Made by a program: the position numbers and the translations under genes
Shown: piece after piece, positions 34,216 through 43,579 of the stretch
Position numbering within the stretch: the first letter of the stretch is position 1
How the letters are laid out: each line of letters begins with the position of its first letter
The notes under the pieces: model-generated
Database searches by the model: none
What the model was told of the DNA's origin: nothing
Seen by the model: only the letters and a program-made list of their open reading frames with translations
Source: an uncultured Clostridia bacterium
GTDB lineage: Bacteria; Bacillota; Clostridia; TANB77; CAG-508
DNA length: 64,000 bases
Reading direction: 5' to 3'
Assembly: GCA_944391855.1 (NCBI GenBank)
Contig: CALXVB010000002.1
Span: 14,041 to 78,040 of the forward strand

Positions 34216-34260
34216 CTATTGATTAGATTGAGGAAATTTTTCCTCAATCTAATCAATATT
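34216..34260 (+). terminator. long hairpin after cysS (16-bp stem ATTGATTAGATTGAGG/CCTCAATCTAATCAAT)
   Basis: Perfect inverted repeat with a weak T-tract. Confidence 0.5.
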
Positions 34261-34267
34261 ATATAAT

Positions 34268-34342
34268 GGTGTTGTAGCCAAGCGGTAAGGCATGAGTCTG
34301 CAAAACTCTGATTCGTCGGTTCGAATCCGTCCAACACCTCCA
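34268..34342 (+). tRNA. tRNA-Cys (GCA), somewhat divergent
   Basis: Acceptor GGTGTTG/CAACACC, D-arm GCCAAGCGGTAAGGC (same as B. subtilis tRNA-Cys), loop CU-GCA-AA, T-loop TTCGAAT, discriminator U, CCA. There are U-U mismatches in the anticodon and T stems. Confidence 0.8.
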
Positions 34343-34363
34343 AAAAAGTTTAAATAAAAAAAT

Positions 34364-34396
34364 AAAGAATTTGTCAATTCTTTATTTTTTTATTTA
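34364..34396 (+). terminator. rho-independent terminator
   Basis: AAAGAATTGTCAATTCTTT + T-run. Confidence 0.7.
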
Positions 34397-34485
34397 TATA
34401 TTAAATTAATTGATATCAATACTTTTAAAAATAATTATATAACTAAAGATAATAATAACATTAGTAAATAAAATTATGACATAAT

Positions 34486-34514
34486 TTGACAAAAAACAAA
34501 AAAAACAGTATAAT
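34486..34514 (+). promoter_or_regulatory. second perfect TTGACA-N17-TATAAT promoter, driving the small ORF and the radical-SAM operon
   Basis: Exact consensus. Confidence 0.65.
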
Positions 34515-34558
34515 ATCACTGGATTTAGCGAATTTTTATATTAAGATAGGAGTAAAAA

Positions 34559-34648
34559 ATGATAATTAGAATGATTAATAATGTAAGATATTTCAATAAA
34601 AATAAAATTGATAACATTTTCTGTACTATTTTTGTGCCTAAATTCTAA
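34559..34648 (+). CDS. 29-aa small ORF MIIRMINNVRYFNKNKIDNIFCTIFVPKF: candidate precursor peptide or regulatory uORF
   Basis: AGGAG RBS 6 nt upstream; own promoter; followed by hairpin 34656-34690; sits immediately 5' of the rSAM operon. Confidence 0.35.
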   Translation: MIIRMINNVRYFNKNKIDNIFCTIFVPKF

Positions 34649-34655
34649 AAAATAA

Positions 34656-34690
34656 AGAGTCAAGGATTTTCTTTGACTCTTTGTTTTTTT
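34656..34690 (+). terminator. terminator/attenuator between the small ORF and the operon
   Basis: AAGAGTCAA-ggattttct-TTGACTCTT + T8. Confidence 0.7.
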
Positions 34691-34730
34691 TAGAATAAAA
34701 TAAATATTAATTTAAGTTAGGAGTGATTTT

Positions 34731-35768
34731 ATGATAAAGGGAATAAAAACAAAAAATATCAAACCAATAGTTAGGAAAAGAATGGATAAACTTGTACAGA
34801 AGTTAAAAGCAAAACCTGAAGTTGAAGGCATAGTTTATTTAAGTGGACTTGCAAATACGGAATACAAAGATTTTATCGATGAATACTCTGATATAGATAT
34901 TGGAATTTTTCTTAATGTTGATAGAGAACATTTACCTAATTGGTTGCCACCATTCTCATTTTATATTGTTATAACAGATCAAGATGGTTTTGATAAGACA
35001 ATGGAAGTGAATTTTCATCAAAAAATTTATGATGAAGAAAAAAATTCACAATGGCATGATTATAAGAAAGAATTTTATAAATATGCTTGTGAGATTGTTT
35101 TTGATAGAAACGGAAGGATAGAAAAGTTAATTAATGAAAAAACAGTTTTTACAGAAGAATATAGAAAACTATTACTATCTCATTTATTATCAAGGATTTA
35201 TTGGATGGTAGAAATTAATCCATTAAATGCAGTAAAAAGAGGATTAATTTTTAATGGAGAAGATTTATTGAATCAAGGATTAAATTATGTAACTGACCTC
35301 CTTTATGTCTATGATAAAAAATTCCCACCTGCTGCAAAATGGAAAATATCTCTATTAGGCAATTTAGACTTCTGTCCAAATAATATAGAAAAAAGAATTG
35401 AAAATTGCTTTATAGTGAATGAAATTTCAGAAGAAGATGTTTTAAGAAGAAGAAAAGAAATGCTTTCAATAACTAAGGAAATAGAAAATAAAGTATTTGA
35501 AGAAGGTCTTTTTAAGTCTACTGAAGATTACATAGAATATGAATATAAAAATTGGAATGCACAGCAAAAACAGTTAAAAGATATTACACAGTATGACATA
35601 ATTGTTTCAAAATTTAACGATATTTCTACAGAAGAAAGAAAAATACTAAAGGGTATATTATGTGAATATTTTATTACAAATTTAGAAGATTTAACTAAAA
35701 TATCAACTGAAGAATTAAATGAAATACAAAAGAATCTATTACATAAAATAATTAAAAAAATTAATTAA
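34731..35768 (+). CDS. nucleotidyltransferase-fold protein (ANT(6)/AadK-like N-terminus)
   Basis: IVYLSGLANTEYKDFIDEYSDIDIGIF resembles the GSRAN..D.DI motif of ANT(6). Confidence 0.5.
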   Translation: MIKGIKTKNIKPIVRKRMDKLVQKLKAKPEVEGIVYLSGLANTEYKDFIDEYSDIDIGIFLNVDREHLPNWLPPFSFYIVITDQDGFDKTMEVNFHQKIYDEEKNSQWHDYKKEFYKYACEIVFDRNGRIEKLINEKTVFTEEYRKLLLSHLLSRIYWMVEINPLNAVKRGLIFNGEDLLNQGLNYVTDLLYVYDKKFPPAAKWKISLLGNLDFCPNNIEKRIENCFIVNEISEEDVLRRRKEMLSITKEIENKVFEEGLFKSTEDYIEYEYKNWNAQQKQLKDITQYDIIVSKFNDISTEERKILKGILCEYFITNLEDLTKISTEELNEIQKNLLHKIIKKIN

Positions 35769-35809
35769 AATTAATAATTTATTACGTTAAATAAGAGGGG
35801 AAATGAAAA

Positions 35810-37153
35810 ATGGAAATAAAAAATGAAACAAATAATGAATTTTATTTAGGAAGAAAATCTATTTTTATACCAATTGTTTTTTTGATTATTAGCATAATAG
35901 TTTTAGTTATATTGAAGAGAGCTTCTCTAAAAACTTTTTGGATAATCGGATTTTTTGCTATATTTTTAACATATTTGTTATCAAAAAATAAAAAAGAATT
36001 TGGAAATAAATGTGTTGAAAATTTAAAAAGTAATACTTTATTGACTTATGTTCTTATCTTTATTTTGGCAGGAATATTATCCAGTATATTAAAAGTAACA
36101 GGAGTTTCAAATGCCCTTTTAACAATTTTTATAAATACTGGTGTTGGTCCGGAATTTATACCTGCTATAATGTTTATTATATGTTGCTTAATATCTACTT
36201 TTATTGGTACAAATACTGGTACATATTCTATAGTAGTACCTATTTTTCTACCAATTGCAGTGTCATTAAATTGTAACCCTGCTTTAGCACTAGGAGCTAT
36301 CATGTGTGGAGGAGGTTTTGGTGATAATTTATCACCAATATCAGATACTACAATAATTTCCGTGAATACCATGAAAGTTAATTTGCTTGACACATTAAAG
36401 GTAAGAGTAAAAACATCTTTAGGTTGTGCATTATTATCAACAGTGATCTTTATAATTCTAGGTCATTTACTAATTACAAATCCAACAAATAATATTGAAA
36501 CTTATGCAAATGATTCGTTGATGCCATTATTAATGCTAATAGTCTTTGTGTTAATGATGTTTTTATTGCTAAAAAAGAATGACTTAATTTCAGTTTTATT
36601 AATATGTGATGTGTTTGCAATTATTTTAGCTATGGTATTTGGATTTGTATCTTTTGGAGATATGTTTAGTCAAAATAGTCCTATAATTTCTGGCATAGAA
36701 GGTGTTTTTGGAGTTATTGTATTTTGGATTTTCTTGTTTATATTAACTGAATTTATACCTACAGATATGTTGGAGGAATATATTAATAAAAAAGTAAAAA
36801 ATAGTAAAAGCCCTTCTCGAACTAATGGACTAGCTGCTTTAACTATAATTTCATCAATATTGTTGATATCTAATAATACTGCTGCAATGTCTTTACTTAG
36901 CAAGTTCATAGACAAATGCTTTAAAAATAAGACACAAATAGAAAAAGCAAATATATTTGATGGACTTTCATGTGCTACATCTACCTTAATACCATATAAT
37001 ACAGCTGTTATGTTAATGATTAGCCTTGCATATGGAACAGGTTGTTTACCTGAAAGTTTTTCACCTATTTCAATAGTTATGTTTTCAATAAATAGTATGT
37101 TATTGCTAATTACATATACATTTAAATCTATATATGATCCTAAAAAAGATTAA
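35810..37153 (+). CDS. NhaC-family membrane transporter (Na+/H+ antiporter family)
   Basis: ~11 TM segments; motif GGGFGDNLSPISDTTI. Confidence 0.7.
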   Translation: MEIKNETNNEFYLGRKSIFIPIVFLIISIIVLVILKRASLKTFWIIGFFAIFLTYLLSKNKKEFGNKCVENLKSNTLLTYVLIFILAGILSSILKVTGVSNALLTIFINTGVGPEFIPAIMFIICCLISTFIGTNTGTYSIVVPIFLPIAVSLNCNPALALGAIMCGGGFGDNLSPISDTTIISVNTMKVNLLDTLKVRVKTSLGCALLSTVIFIILGHLLITNPTNNIETYANDSLMPLLMLIVFVLMMFLLLKKNDLISVLLICDVFAIILAMVFGFVSFGDMFSQNSPIISGIEGVFGVIVFWIFLFILTEFIPTDMLEEYINKKVKNSKSPSRTNGLAALTIISSILLISNNTAAMSLLSKFIDKCFKNKTQIEKANIFDGLSCATSTLIPYNTAVMLMISLAYGTGCLPESFSPISIVMFSINSMLLLITYTFKSIYDPKKD

Positions 37154-37194
37154 AGGAGGCATAATAAAATTGAAGTATTATAGGAGAAAAGATT

Positions 37195-37914
37195 ATGTTT
37201 TTGAAAAATAAAAAAGATTTGGATTTAGTTATTTTTGATTTTGATGGAACTTTAGTAGATTCCAATGGAGTTAATAATGAAATAGATATTGAACTAGTTC
37301 GCTCTTTCAAAGAAAGGAAAAATCCAGACGAAATTATAAAAGAAAGAGACTATATTTTAAAAACTAAAACAAATGGAGATATATATGTAAATTATTGCCA
37401 ATATTTAAAAGAAAAATATAATTTGGATTTGCTAGCAGAGGAAATACTTGAAATTCGTAGAAAAATATCAAAAAAATTTTTAAGGAATGTAAAATATAAA
37501 CCTGGTGCTGATATAATAATAAAATTAATAAAAGAACAAAAAATAAAATTAGCATTAGCAACAGTTTCAAGTTTGCAATCATTAAATATTTATTTTTATG
37601 AAAATGAAAACATAATAAAAAAATGTGATTTACAAAATTATTTTGATTTAATCGTTACAAAAGATGATGTTATTTATAAAAAACCAAATCCAGAAGTCTA
37701 TAATAAAATAATAAATAAATTTAATATTACAAATTTATCAAAATGTATAGTAATTGAAGATTCATTAAATGGGGTTATTGCAGCGAAAAGAGCAAATCTT
37801 AATGTTATAGCAATTTATGATAAATATTCTGATAAAGATAGAGAAAAAATAAATGAAATTGCAGATTACAATGTGAAAAACTTTGAGGAATTAATAGCCT
37901 TATTTAAGAACTAA
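37195..37914 (+). CDS. HAD-superfamily hydrolase/phosphatase
   Basis: Motif I LVIFDFDGTLVDS; motif IV ..EDSLNG. Confidence 0.8.
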   Translation: MFLKNKKDLDLVIFDFDGTLVDSNGVNNEIDIELVRSFKERKNPDEIIKERDYILKTKTNGDIYVNYCQYLKEKYNLDLLAEEILEIRRKISKKFLRNVKYKPGADIIIKLIKEQKIKLALATVSSLQSLNIYFYENENIIKKCDLQNYFDLIVTKDDVIYKKPNPEVYNKIINKFNITNLSKCIVIEDSLNGVIAAKRANLNVIAIYDKYSDKDREKINEIADYNVKNFEELIALFKN

Positions 37915-37933
37915 TAAAGGGAGGAGATTTAAA

Positions 37934-38935
37934 ATGATATCACCATGTGTATTTAAACAAAGAAAAAGTGATAATTATGTAACATTTATTGAAATAACAA
38001 ATTGTTGCAATATGAAATGTAAACATTGTATGAATGGATCAAACGATAAAGAGATTAACAAAGGATTTTCAATCGAAAATATAAAGAAACTATTAGAAGA
38101 ACTTTACGAAAATAAGACAGAAAAAATTTATATATCTGGAGGAGAACCTCTATTATATCCATATATAGATGATGTGATTTTATATGCTAATTCTTTGGGA
38201 ATGAAAGTAACACTTGCAACTAATGGATTAGAGATTCCTAAACATTTAGATGCAATAAAAAAAGGAGTTCAATTAGTTTCAGTTAGTCTTGATGGAATTG
38301 GGAAAACACATGATAAATTTAGAGGTGTTCAAGGATCATACGAAAACTGTATAGAAGTTTTAAAGTTATTAAAAGAAAACAATGTAAAAACTAAAATAAG
38401 TGCAATGATATGGAAAGAGAATATAGAAGAATTGGAGGATATGATTATTTTAGCTAAATCTTGTGGTGTTTCAAAAATTAATTTTGCATTCATGTTACCA
38501 GAAGGAAGAGCAAAGTTAGATGAAACAATTAAAGTGCCTGATAATAGATATAGAGAAATATTCGATAAAATGGAAAAATTAATAAAGAAATATGCAAAAG
38601 AGGACTTTGAAATAAGATTTAGAAGAACTGATGTGCTAGATAAAAATAGTTTAGACTGTCCAGGGGGAAAAAATTTAATGCATATAGATGTAAATGGTAA
38701 GGTATCTCCTTGTTCTTGGATAGCTAAATTAGATAAAGAAAATGAATTTTCATCATATTGGCCTAAAAGTAGTATTAGCGAATGTATAAAAAAATTTGAT
38801 GCTTTTGATAATTGTAAAAAAACAAGAAAAGATAAATTTGGATACTGTGGTTGTATTGCACTTGCTAATATGTATAATGGTAATTTTTTAGCAGAAGATC
38901 CATTAAATAAAGTTTTAAAAGAAAGTAGGAGATAA
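37934..38935 (+). CDS. radical SAM enzyme with C-terminal SPASM/twitch domain (rSAM-1)
   Basis: CNMKCKHC (CX3CX2C), GGEP, C-terminal Cys cluster. Confidence 0.85.
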   Translation: MISPCVFKQRKSDNYVTFIEITNCCNMKCKHCMNGSNDKEINKGFSIENIKKLLEELYENKTEKIYISGGEPLLYPYIDDVILYANSLGMKVTLATNGLEIPKHLDAIKKGVQLVSVSLDGIGKTHDKFRGVQGSYENCIEVLKLLKENNVKTKISAMIWKENIEELEDMIILAKSCGVSKINFAFMLPEGRAKLDETIKVPDNRYREIFDKMEKLIKKYAKEDFEIRFRRTDVLDKNSLDCPGGKNLMHIDVNGKVSPCSWIAKLDKENEFSSYWPKSSISECIKKFDAFDNCKKTRKDKFGYCGCIALANMYNGNFLAEDPLNKVLKESRR

Positions 38936-38938
38936 ATT

Positions 38939-39676
38939 ATGGACAAATATGCAATAATAACTGGTGTATCTTCTGGAATTGGGGAATGCATAGCAAAAAA
39001 ATTTATAGAAGATAACATACATGTTTTTGGAATAGATGAAAACCAACCAAAAAATAAAAAAATCGATTTTTTTGAATGTGATATTAGGGATGAAGAAAAA
39101 ATAATAGATATTTTTAACAAAATTAGTAAAAAAACAAAATATATCAATTGTTTAATAAATTCAGCAGGTATTTTTTGTTATAGTGAAAGAAATTTAATAG
39201 AAAATCTTTCAAAAACAGAATGGCAAAGCGTTATTGATGTAAATTTAACAGGTACATTTTTAATAACAAAGCATTCAATACCATTATTAAAAAAATCATC
39301 AAATGGCAACATTATAAATTTGAGCTCTGAACAAGTTGTTTTACCTCAAATAAAGAGTGCACCATATGCAGTTACTAAAGCTGCCATAGAAATGTTCTCT
39401 AAAATATTAGCACTTGAACTAATTGATTCAAAAGTCAGAGTCAATACTATAGCTCTAGCATCTGTAAAAACTAATTTTTTAAAAAGATACAAAAAAGATG
39501 ATGAGATTATAAAGAAAATGATGGAAGCTACAGATAAAAATATGCCTTTTGGTATTATTGATCCATATGATGTATATAAATTAGTTAGATATTTAATAGA
39601 AGAAGATACTAAAATTACAGGACAAACTATTCTTATTGATAGCGGAGTTATATTATCTGCTAATAAAAAGAAATAG
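38939..39676 (+). CDS. SDR-family short-chain dehydrogenase/reductase
   Basis: TGVSSGIG glycine motif; YxxxK (YAVTK). Confidence 0.85.
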   Translation: MDKYAIITGVSSGIGECIAKKFIEDNIHVFGIDENQPKNKKIDFFECDIRDEEKIIDIFNKISKKTKYINCLINSAGIFCYSERNLIENLSKTEWQSVIDVNLTGTFLITKHSIPLLKKSSNGNIINLSSEQVVLPQIKSAPYAVTKAAIEMFSKILALELIDSKVRVNTIALASVKTNFLKRYKKDDEIIKKMMEATDKNMPFGIIDPYDVYKLVRYLIEEDTKITGQTILIDSGVILSANKKK

Positions 39677-39739
39677 TTTGTAGTTGTAAGATAAAAATAA
39701 TAGAATGTTTTTGAAAAAATGAGAAAGGAATGAATTGTA

Positions 39740-40927
39740 ATGAAAAAAGTGGAATATGATTTAGATGGGAAGAATAAACTGTATTTTTTTCCAGAGTATA
39801 ATAGATTTACTTTTAATGATCCTAACCCTGAAATTGTAGCTGATTATTATAGTGATTCATTAGTAAAATTAAGATTAGAAATCTCTCATTTATGTAACGG
39901 AAGATGTAAGTATTGTTTAGTTTATGGAAATAATGTGGAAAAAGCAGAAATTTTGAATGTTAAAGAATTCTGGAAATACCTTGTAAGTCAAGAGTGGTTT
40001 AAAAACATAAAAAAAATTTTCATTATTGGAGGAGAGCCTTTACTTCATTTTGAAGAAATATCATATATTATAGATAATTTTAATGGAAAAATTAGTTTTT
40101 CCACAAATGGTACATTAATAACTAAAGATATGGCTAAGAAATTTTCAAAATCGAATGTAAAGGTGTATATATCACTTGATGGACCAGAATTTGAAGATAA
40201 TATTAATAGAGTATATATAAACCAAGAATTTATGTATCCAGATATTATAAAAGGAATAAATTTGCTTAAAGAATATAATGTGAAATTTGGTATTTTTATG
40301 GTTGCTACTCCAGAAACAGTAAAGAAAGCAACAAATATGATTTTAAAATTAGATGAAAAATATTCACCAATAAGAATTGGATATAATCTTCCACATTGGA
40401 CTCCAGATTATGAAAATAACGGTCTAGCAGAAGAATTTAGAGATGTGTTATTAGAACTTTATAAAAATAGAAAAAAATTAAAAGCAGAGATTCCTCAATT
40501 AAAATGGAGATTAAATCCTTTGTGTGAAGGAAAAGTTAAGAAATTTTCATGTGGATTACATACTACTCAGACAACAATTTTACCAGATAAATCAATTATA
40601 AGATGCTCAAAAATTGATAATGAAAACGATAATTTAAAATTACGTGTTACGAATGAATTACTTGATAAAAATTCACCAATAGAATTGGCAAAAGACAAAA
40701 AATCTAATTGTTCAAAATGTATTGCATTATCATGTTGTGGAGGAGGATGTCCTTTTGATGGAATGAAAAGATTCAATTGCCTAACAGATAGAAGAGAATG
40801 TGTAATTACACCTCCACTTGTCAATATGGCTATAAATAATGTTGTTGAAAAATTTAAGAGTCAGGAAATTAAAGTTCCAAATGGATTAATAAAACCTGAT
40901 ATAATCAATAAATTAATTTGGAGTTGA
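39740..40927 (+). CDS. radical SAM/SPASM enzyme with ~45-aa N-terminal extension (rSAM-2)
   Basis: CNGRCKYC; C-terminal CSKCIALSCCGGGCPFDG. Confidence 0.85.
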   Translation: MKKVEYDLDGKNKLYFFPEYNRFTFNDPNPEIVADYYSDSLVKLRLEISHLCNGRCKYCLVYGNNVEKAEILNVKEFWKYLVSQEWFKNIKKIFIIGGEPLLHFEEISYIIDNFNGKISFSTNGTLITKDMAKKFSKSNVKVYISLDGPEFEDNINRVYINQEFMYPDIIKGINLLKEYNVKFGIFMVATPETVKKATNMILKLDEKYSPIRIGYNLPHWTPDYENNGLAEEFRDVLLELYKNRKKLKAEIPQLKWRLNPLCEGKVKKFSCGLHTTQTTILPDKSIIRCSKIDNENDNLKLRVTNELLDKNSPIELAKDKKSNCSKCIALSCCGGGCPFDGMKRFNCLTDRRECVITPPLVNMAINNVVEKFKSQEIKVPNGLIKPDIINKLIWS

Positions 40928-41613
40928 GATTTTATAAAATGAAGGAAAAGATAAATGAAATAAAAAAAATTATGTTAGGACATATTCCAATTAATATATC
41001 TATAGTAGTTATAACACCACTGTCTTCAACATTTTATAAATTATGTAAAAGGTTAGATATAAAAGAAAAATATGATAATGGCTTTTTTGAAAATTGCATT
41101 TTTAGACTTAATTATGAAGAAGATAAAAGGGGAATATTAATTTTATCACCACAAGGAATTGCTTCCAAGGATATAATCGAATTGTTTTCCAATATTAATA
41201 TTTTGTTTTTTGGTTTAGCAGGAAGTCTAAATAAAAAATATGAGATTGGAAGCTTTGTAGAAGTTATATTAGCTGAAGATGAGTATGGAGAAATTTCAAA
41301 ACTTAATACAATAGGAAAAAAAGAAATGGTAAAATGTGGCTATTCTCCATGTTTACTTGGTGAAATTGAAAAGAAATATTGTGAATTTGCTAGGAATGAA
41401 AATTGTGATGTTGTAGATATGGAAACTACTTATTGTGCAAAAACGGCAATTGAAAGAAATAATAGATTTGTATCATTATTATTAATATCAGACATTCCAA
41501 AAGTAATTAACTTTTGGGAGTTATCAGATATAGAACGTAATAAACTTAAAGAAGGTAGAAAAGATGCAATAAATGAAATAATAAATTATATAAATATTTT
41601 AATAAAGGAGTAG
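40918..41613 (+). CDS. PNP/MTAN-superfamily nucleosidase-like protein (likely start ATG 40939)
   Basis: ILSPQGIASKD..FFGLAGSL and VVDMETTYCA resemble the MTA/SAH nucleosidase DMESAA motif. Confidence 0.5.
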   Translation: MELRFYKMKEKINEIKKIMLGHIPINISIVVITPLSSTFYKLCKRLDIKEKYDNGFFENCIFRLNYEEDKRGILILSPQGIASKDIIELFSNINILFFGLAGSLNKKYEIGSFVEVILAEDEYGEISKLNTIGKKEMVKCGYSPCLLGEIEKKYCEFARNENCDVVDMETTYCAKTAIERNNRFVSLLLISDIPKVINFWELSDIERNKLKEGRKDAINEIINYINILIKE

Positions 41614-41617
41614 AAAA

Positions 41618-42520
41618 ATGAGTGATGAAATAGTTATAAAATATATAGAAACAACAAGTAAATGTAATTATGCTTGTCCAATATGTGTTAAAAGAACAAG
41701 AAATTGTAATATGAATATTGAAGAGTTTTATAAAATAGTCGATAGAAATATTGAGTTATTTCACAAAAAGCCTATTTGGCTTGATCTTAATGGCGAACCA
41801 CTAGTAGATCCTTACTTTTTTGATAGGGTAAAATATATGCAGAGTAAAGGACTTAAGACTAGAATATCCACTAATGGTGCATTATTAAATAAAGAAAATA
41901 TAGAAAAAATTGTAGACTCAGGTATGAATTATATTGTTGTATCAGTTGGAACTTTAAATCCATCAGTATATAAACAAATAAGAGGAATTGATAATTTATC
42001 TAAAGTTTTAAATAATTTGGATAACTTGAAAAAGTATGTTGATAAGACACATGCTAACACTGAACTTCAAGCTGTTATGATAGATACAGGAACTAATTTA
42101 GATAGAGAAGAATTTATTAAATATTTTCATGATCGTGGGATTAATGTCGCATTCCATAATTTTACTAATAGAGCCCATAGTATAGAAATGGATTTAAATC
42201 CTAAAAGTAGAGATTTTAGTACATATGAAAGAGGAGAGTGCAAGGGATTAAAACGTAATATAATAATTCTTAGTAATTGTGAAGTTATAACTTGCTGTTG
42301 TGATTTTTTAGCCAGAAATTCTTTGGGGAATTTAAGGGATTATGACTATTCTGTAAAAAAATTAGTTGAAAATGGGAATTTAGATCAATTAATTTCTGAT
42401 TTACGAAACCATATATATAAAGGATCTTGCAAGGATTGTTCTGATTGGATATATTATCAAGAAAATGCAACAGAAGAATATGTTACAGTGTATCCAGTAA
42501 ATAAAACAACATCTAATTAA
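41618..42520 (+). CDS. radical SAM enzyme with C-terminal Cys-rich (SPASM/twitch-like) domain (rSAM-3)
   Basis: CNYACPIC; C-terminal CEVITCCCDF..CKDCSDW. Confidence 0.8.
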   Translation: MSDEIVIKYIETTSKCNYACPICVKRTRNCNMNIEEFYKIVDRNIELFHKKPIWLDLNGEPLVDPYFFDRVKYMQSKGLKTRISTNGALLNKENIEKIVDSGMNYIVVSVGTLNPSVYKQIRGIDNLSKVLNNLDNLKKYVDKTHANTELQAVMIDTGTNLDREEFIKYFHDRGINVAFHNFTNRAHSIEMDLNPKSRDFSTYERGECKGLKRNIIILSNCEVITCCCDFLARNSLGNLRDYDYSVKKLVENGNLDQLISDLRNHIYKGSCKDCSDWIYYQENATEEYVTVYPVNKTTSN

Positions 42521-42549
42521 GTTATAGAATATATACTATAATCATAAAA

Positions 42550-42598
42550 ATAGAGGAAAATTAAATTTTATTTTGAAAATCCTCTATTTTTTTATAAT
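42550..42598 (+). terminator. operon terminator
   Basis: AATAGAGGAAAAT..ATTTTGAAAATCCTCTATT + T7. Confidence 0.75.
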
Positions 42599-42709
42599 AT
42601 AAATATATTTTTGTACATATTATATAGATTTTCTATTACTTTATTAAAAAACTCATTAAATTCTAGATAATAATAAAAATAATGATATAAAACATAAAAT
42701 AAATATTTA

Positions 42710-42930
42710 GGATCTGTCAAAGATACAAGAGTTTTTAGTTATGCCACAAAAATATTAAGAAATGGGGTAGAGATAAAAGATGTTGCTGAATATTAGGACA
42801 TAATAATATAGAAACAACAGAAAATTACTATATATCTAGTTCTAAAAAATTTAGAAAAAATGCAAATGATATATTTGAAAAAATAACTTTTTCTAACACT
42901 ATACAAGAAATAGCTAATTATATATATTAA
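42710..42930 (+). pseudogene. 3' remnant (~70 codons) of a tyrosine recombinase/integrase with an internal frameshift near 42787
   Basis: Translates as ..GSVKDTRVFSYATKILRNGVEIKDVAEY/LGHNNIETTENYYISS.. (R..H..GH..Y catalytic block); no N-terminal portion. Confidence 0.7.
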
Positions 42931-43190
42931 TTTGACAAACTGAAACTTACGTGGTATATTATCAATGAAATATACTGAGTAGGCTTTTTTAAATTATATT
43001 TCAGATCATAGCATTAATGGTAAATAAAAATATGTTGGCGACATTGTTGCCAATTTGTTGCCAGAAATATAACAAAAATAGTAAAAATAATATAATAAAT
43101 ACTATATATATTCTTTACATTAATTTTTCTAAACACAGAAATATCAATAGTATTGATAATATTATAAATACTGATAATACTAAATTTTCC

Positions 43191-43244
43191 ACTACTTGTG
43201 GTTCGGGCAAAAAGTATAAAAATTGTTGTGGAAGAAATGGATAA
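43191..43244 (+). pseudogene. diverged duplicate of the secA 3' end (SEC-C zinc finger ..[15 protein letters not shown])
   Basis: ~75% nt identity to secA 28650-28705; the upstream part of ORF 43017..43244 is low-complexity AT-rich filler. Confidence 0.55.
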
Positions 43245-43246
43245 AT

Positions 43247-43498
43247 ATGATAAAAATAGTATTTAATAAAGAAAAAAACAAATCGGTAGCATATGATAAT
43301 AATATTCAAATTGGTGAGTGTGACTTTGAAGAGATAGGTGGCAGTACATGGAATATTGTCCATACAGAAGTAGATAATTCTTATCAAGGTCAGGGAATTG
43401 CTAGAAAATTAGTTGAAATTATTATTGAAAATGCCAAAATAAATAAAAAAACTTTAACTGCTGATTGTTCTTATGCAAAAAAGATTATAGATAAGTAA
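43247..43498 (+). CDS. small GNAT-family N-acetyltransferase
   Basis: HTEVDNSYQGQGIARKLVE acetyl-CoA binding motif. Confidence 0.7.
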   Translation: MIKIVFNKEKNKSVAYDNNIQIGECDFEEIGGSTWNIVHTEVDNSYQGQGIARKLVEIIIENAKINKKTLTADCSYAKKIIDK

Positions 43499-43579
43499 TA
43501 AATTGGGGTGGTGAAAATCACTCCTTAATCTTTGACAAAATAATCTATATATGCTATATTAACATTGTTAAAATAAAAA

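Noticed and set aside
38329-39147. 272-aa minus-strand ORF spanning rSAM-1/SDR
   Set aside because: Antisense to two genes with clear domain motifs; the translation is low-complexity (S/F/L-rich).
43017-43244. 75-aa ORF as a genuine small SEC-C domain protein
   Set aside because: Only the last ~17 codons are protein-like (secA tail duplicate). The N-terminal 55 aa are AT-rich filler with no RBS, so it was called a remnant.
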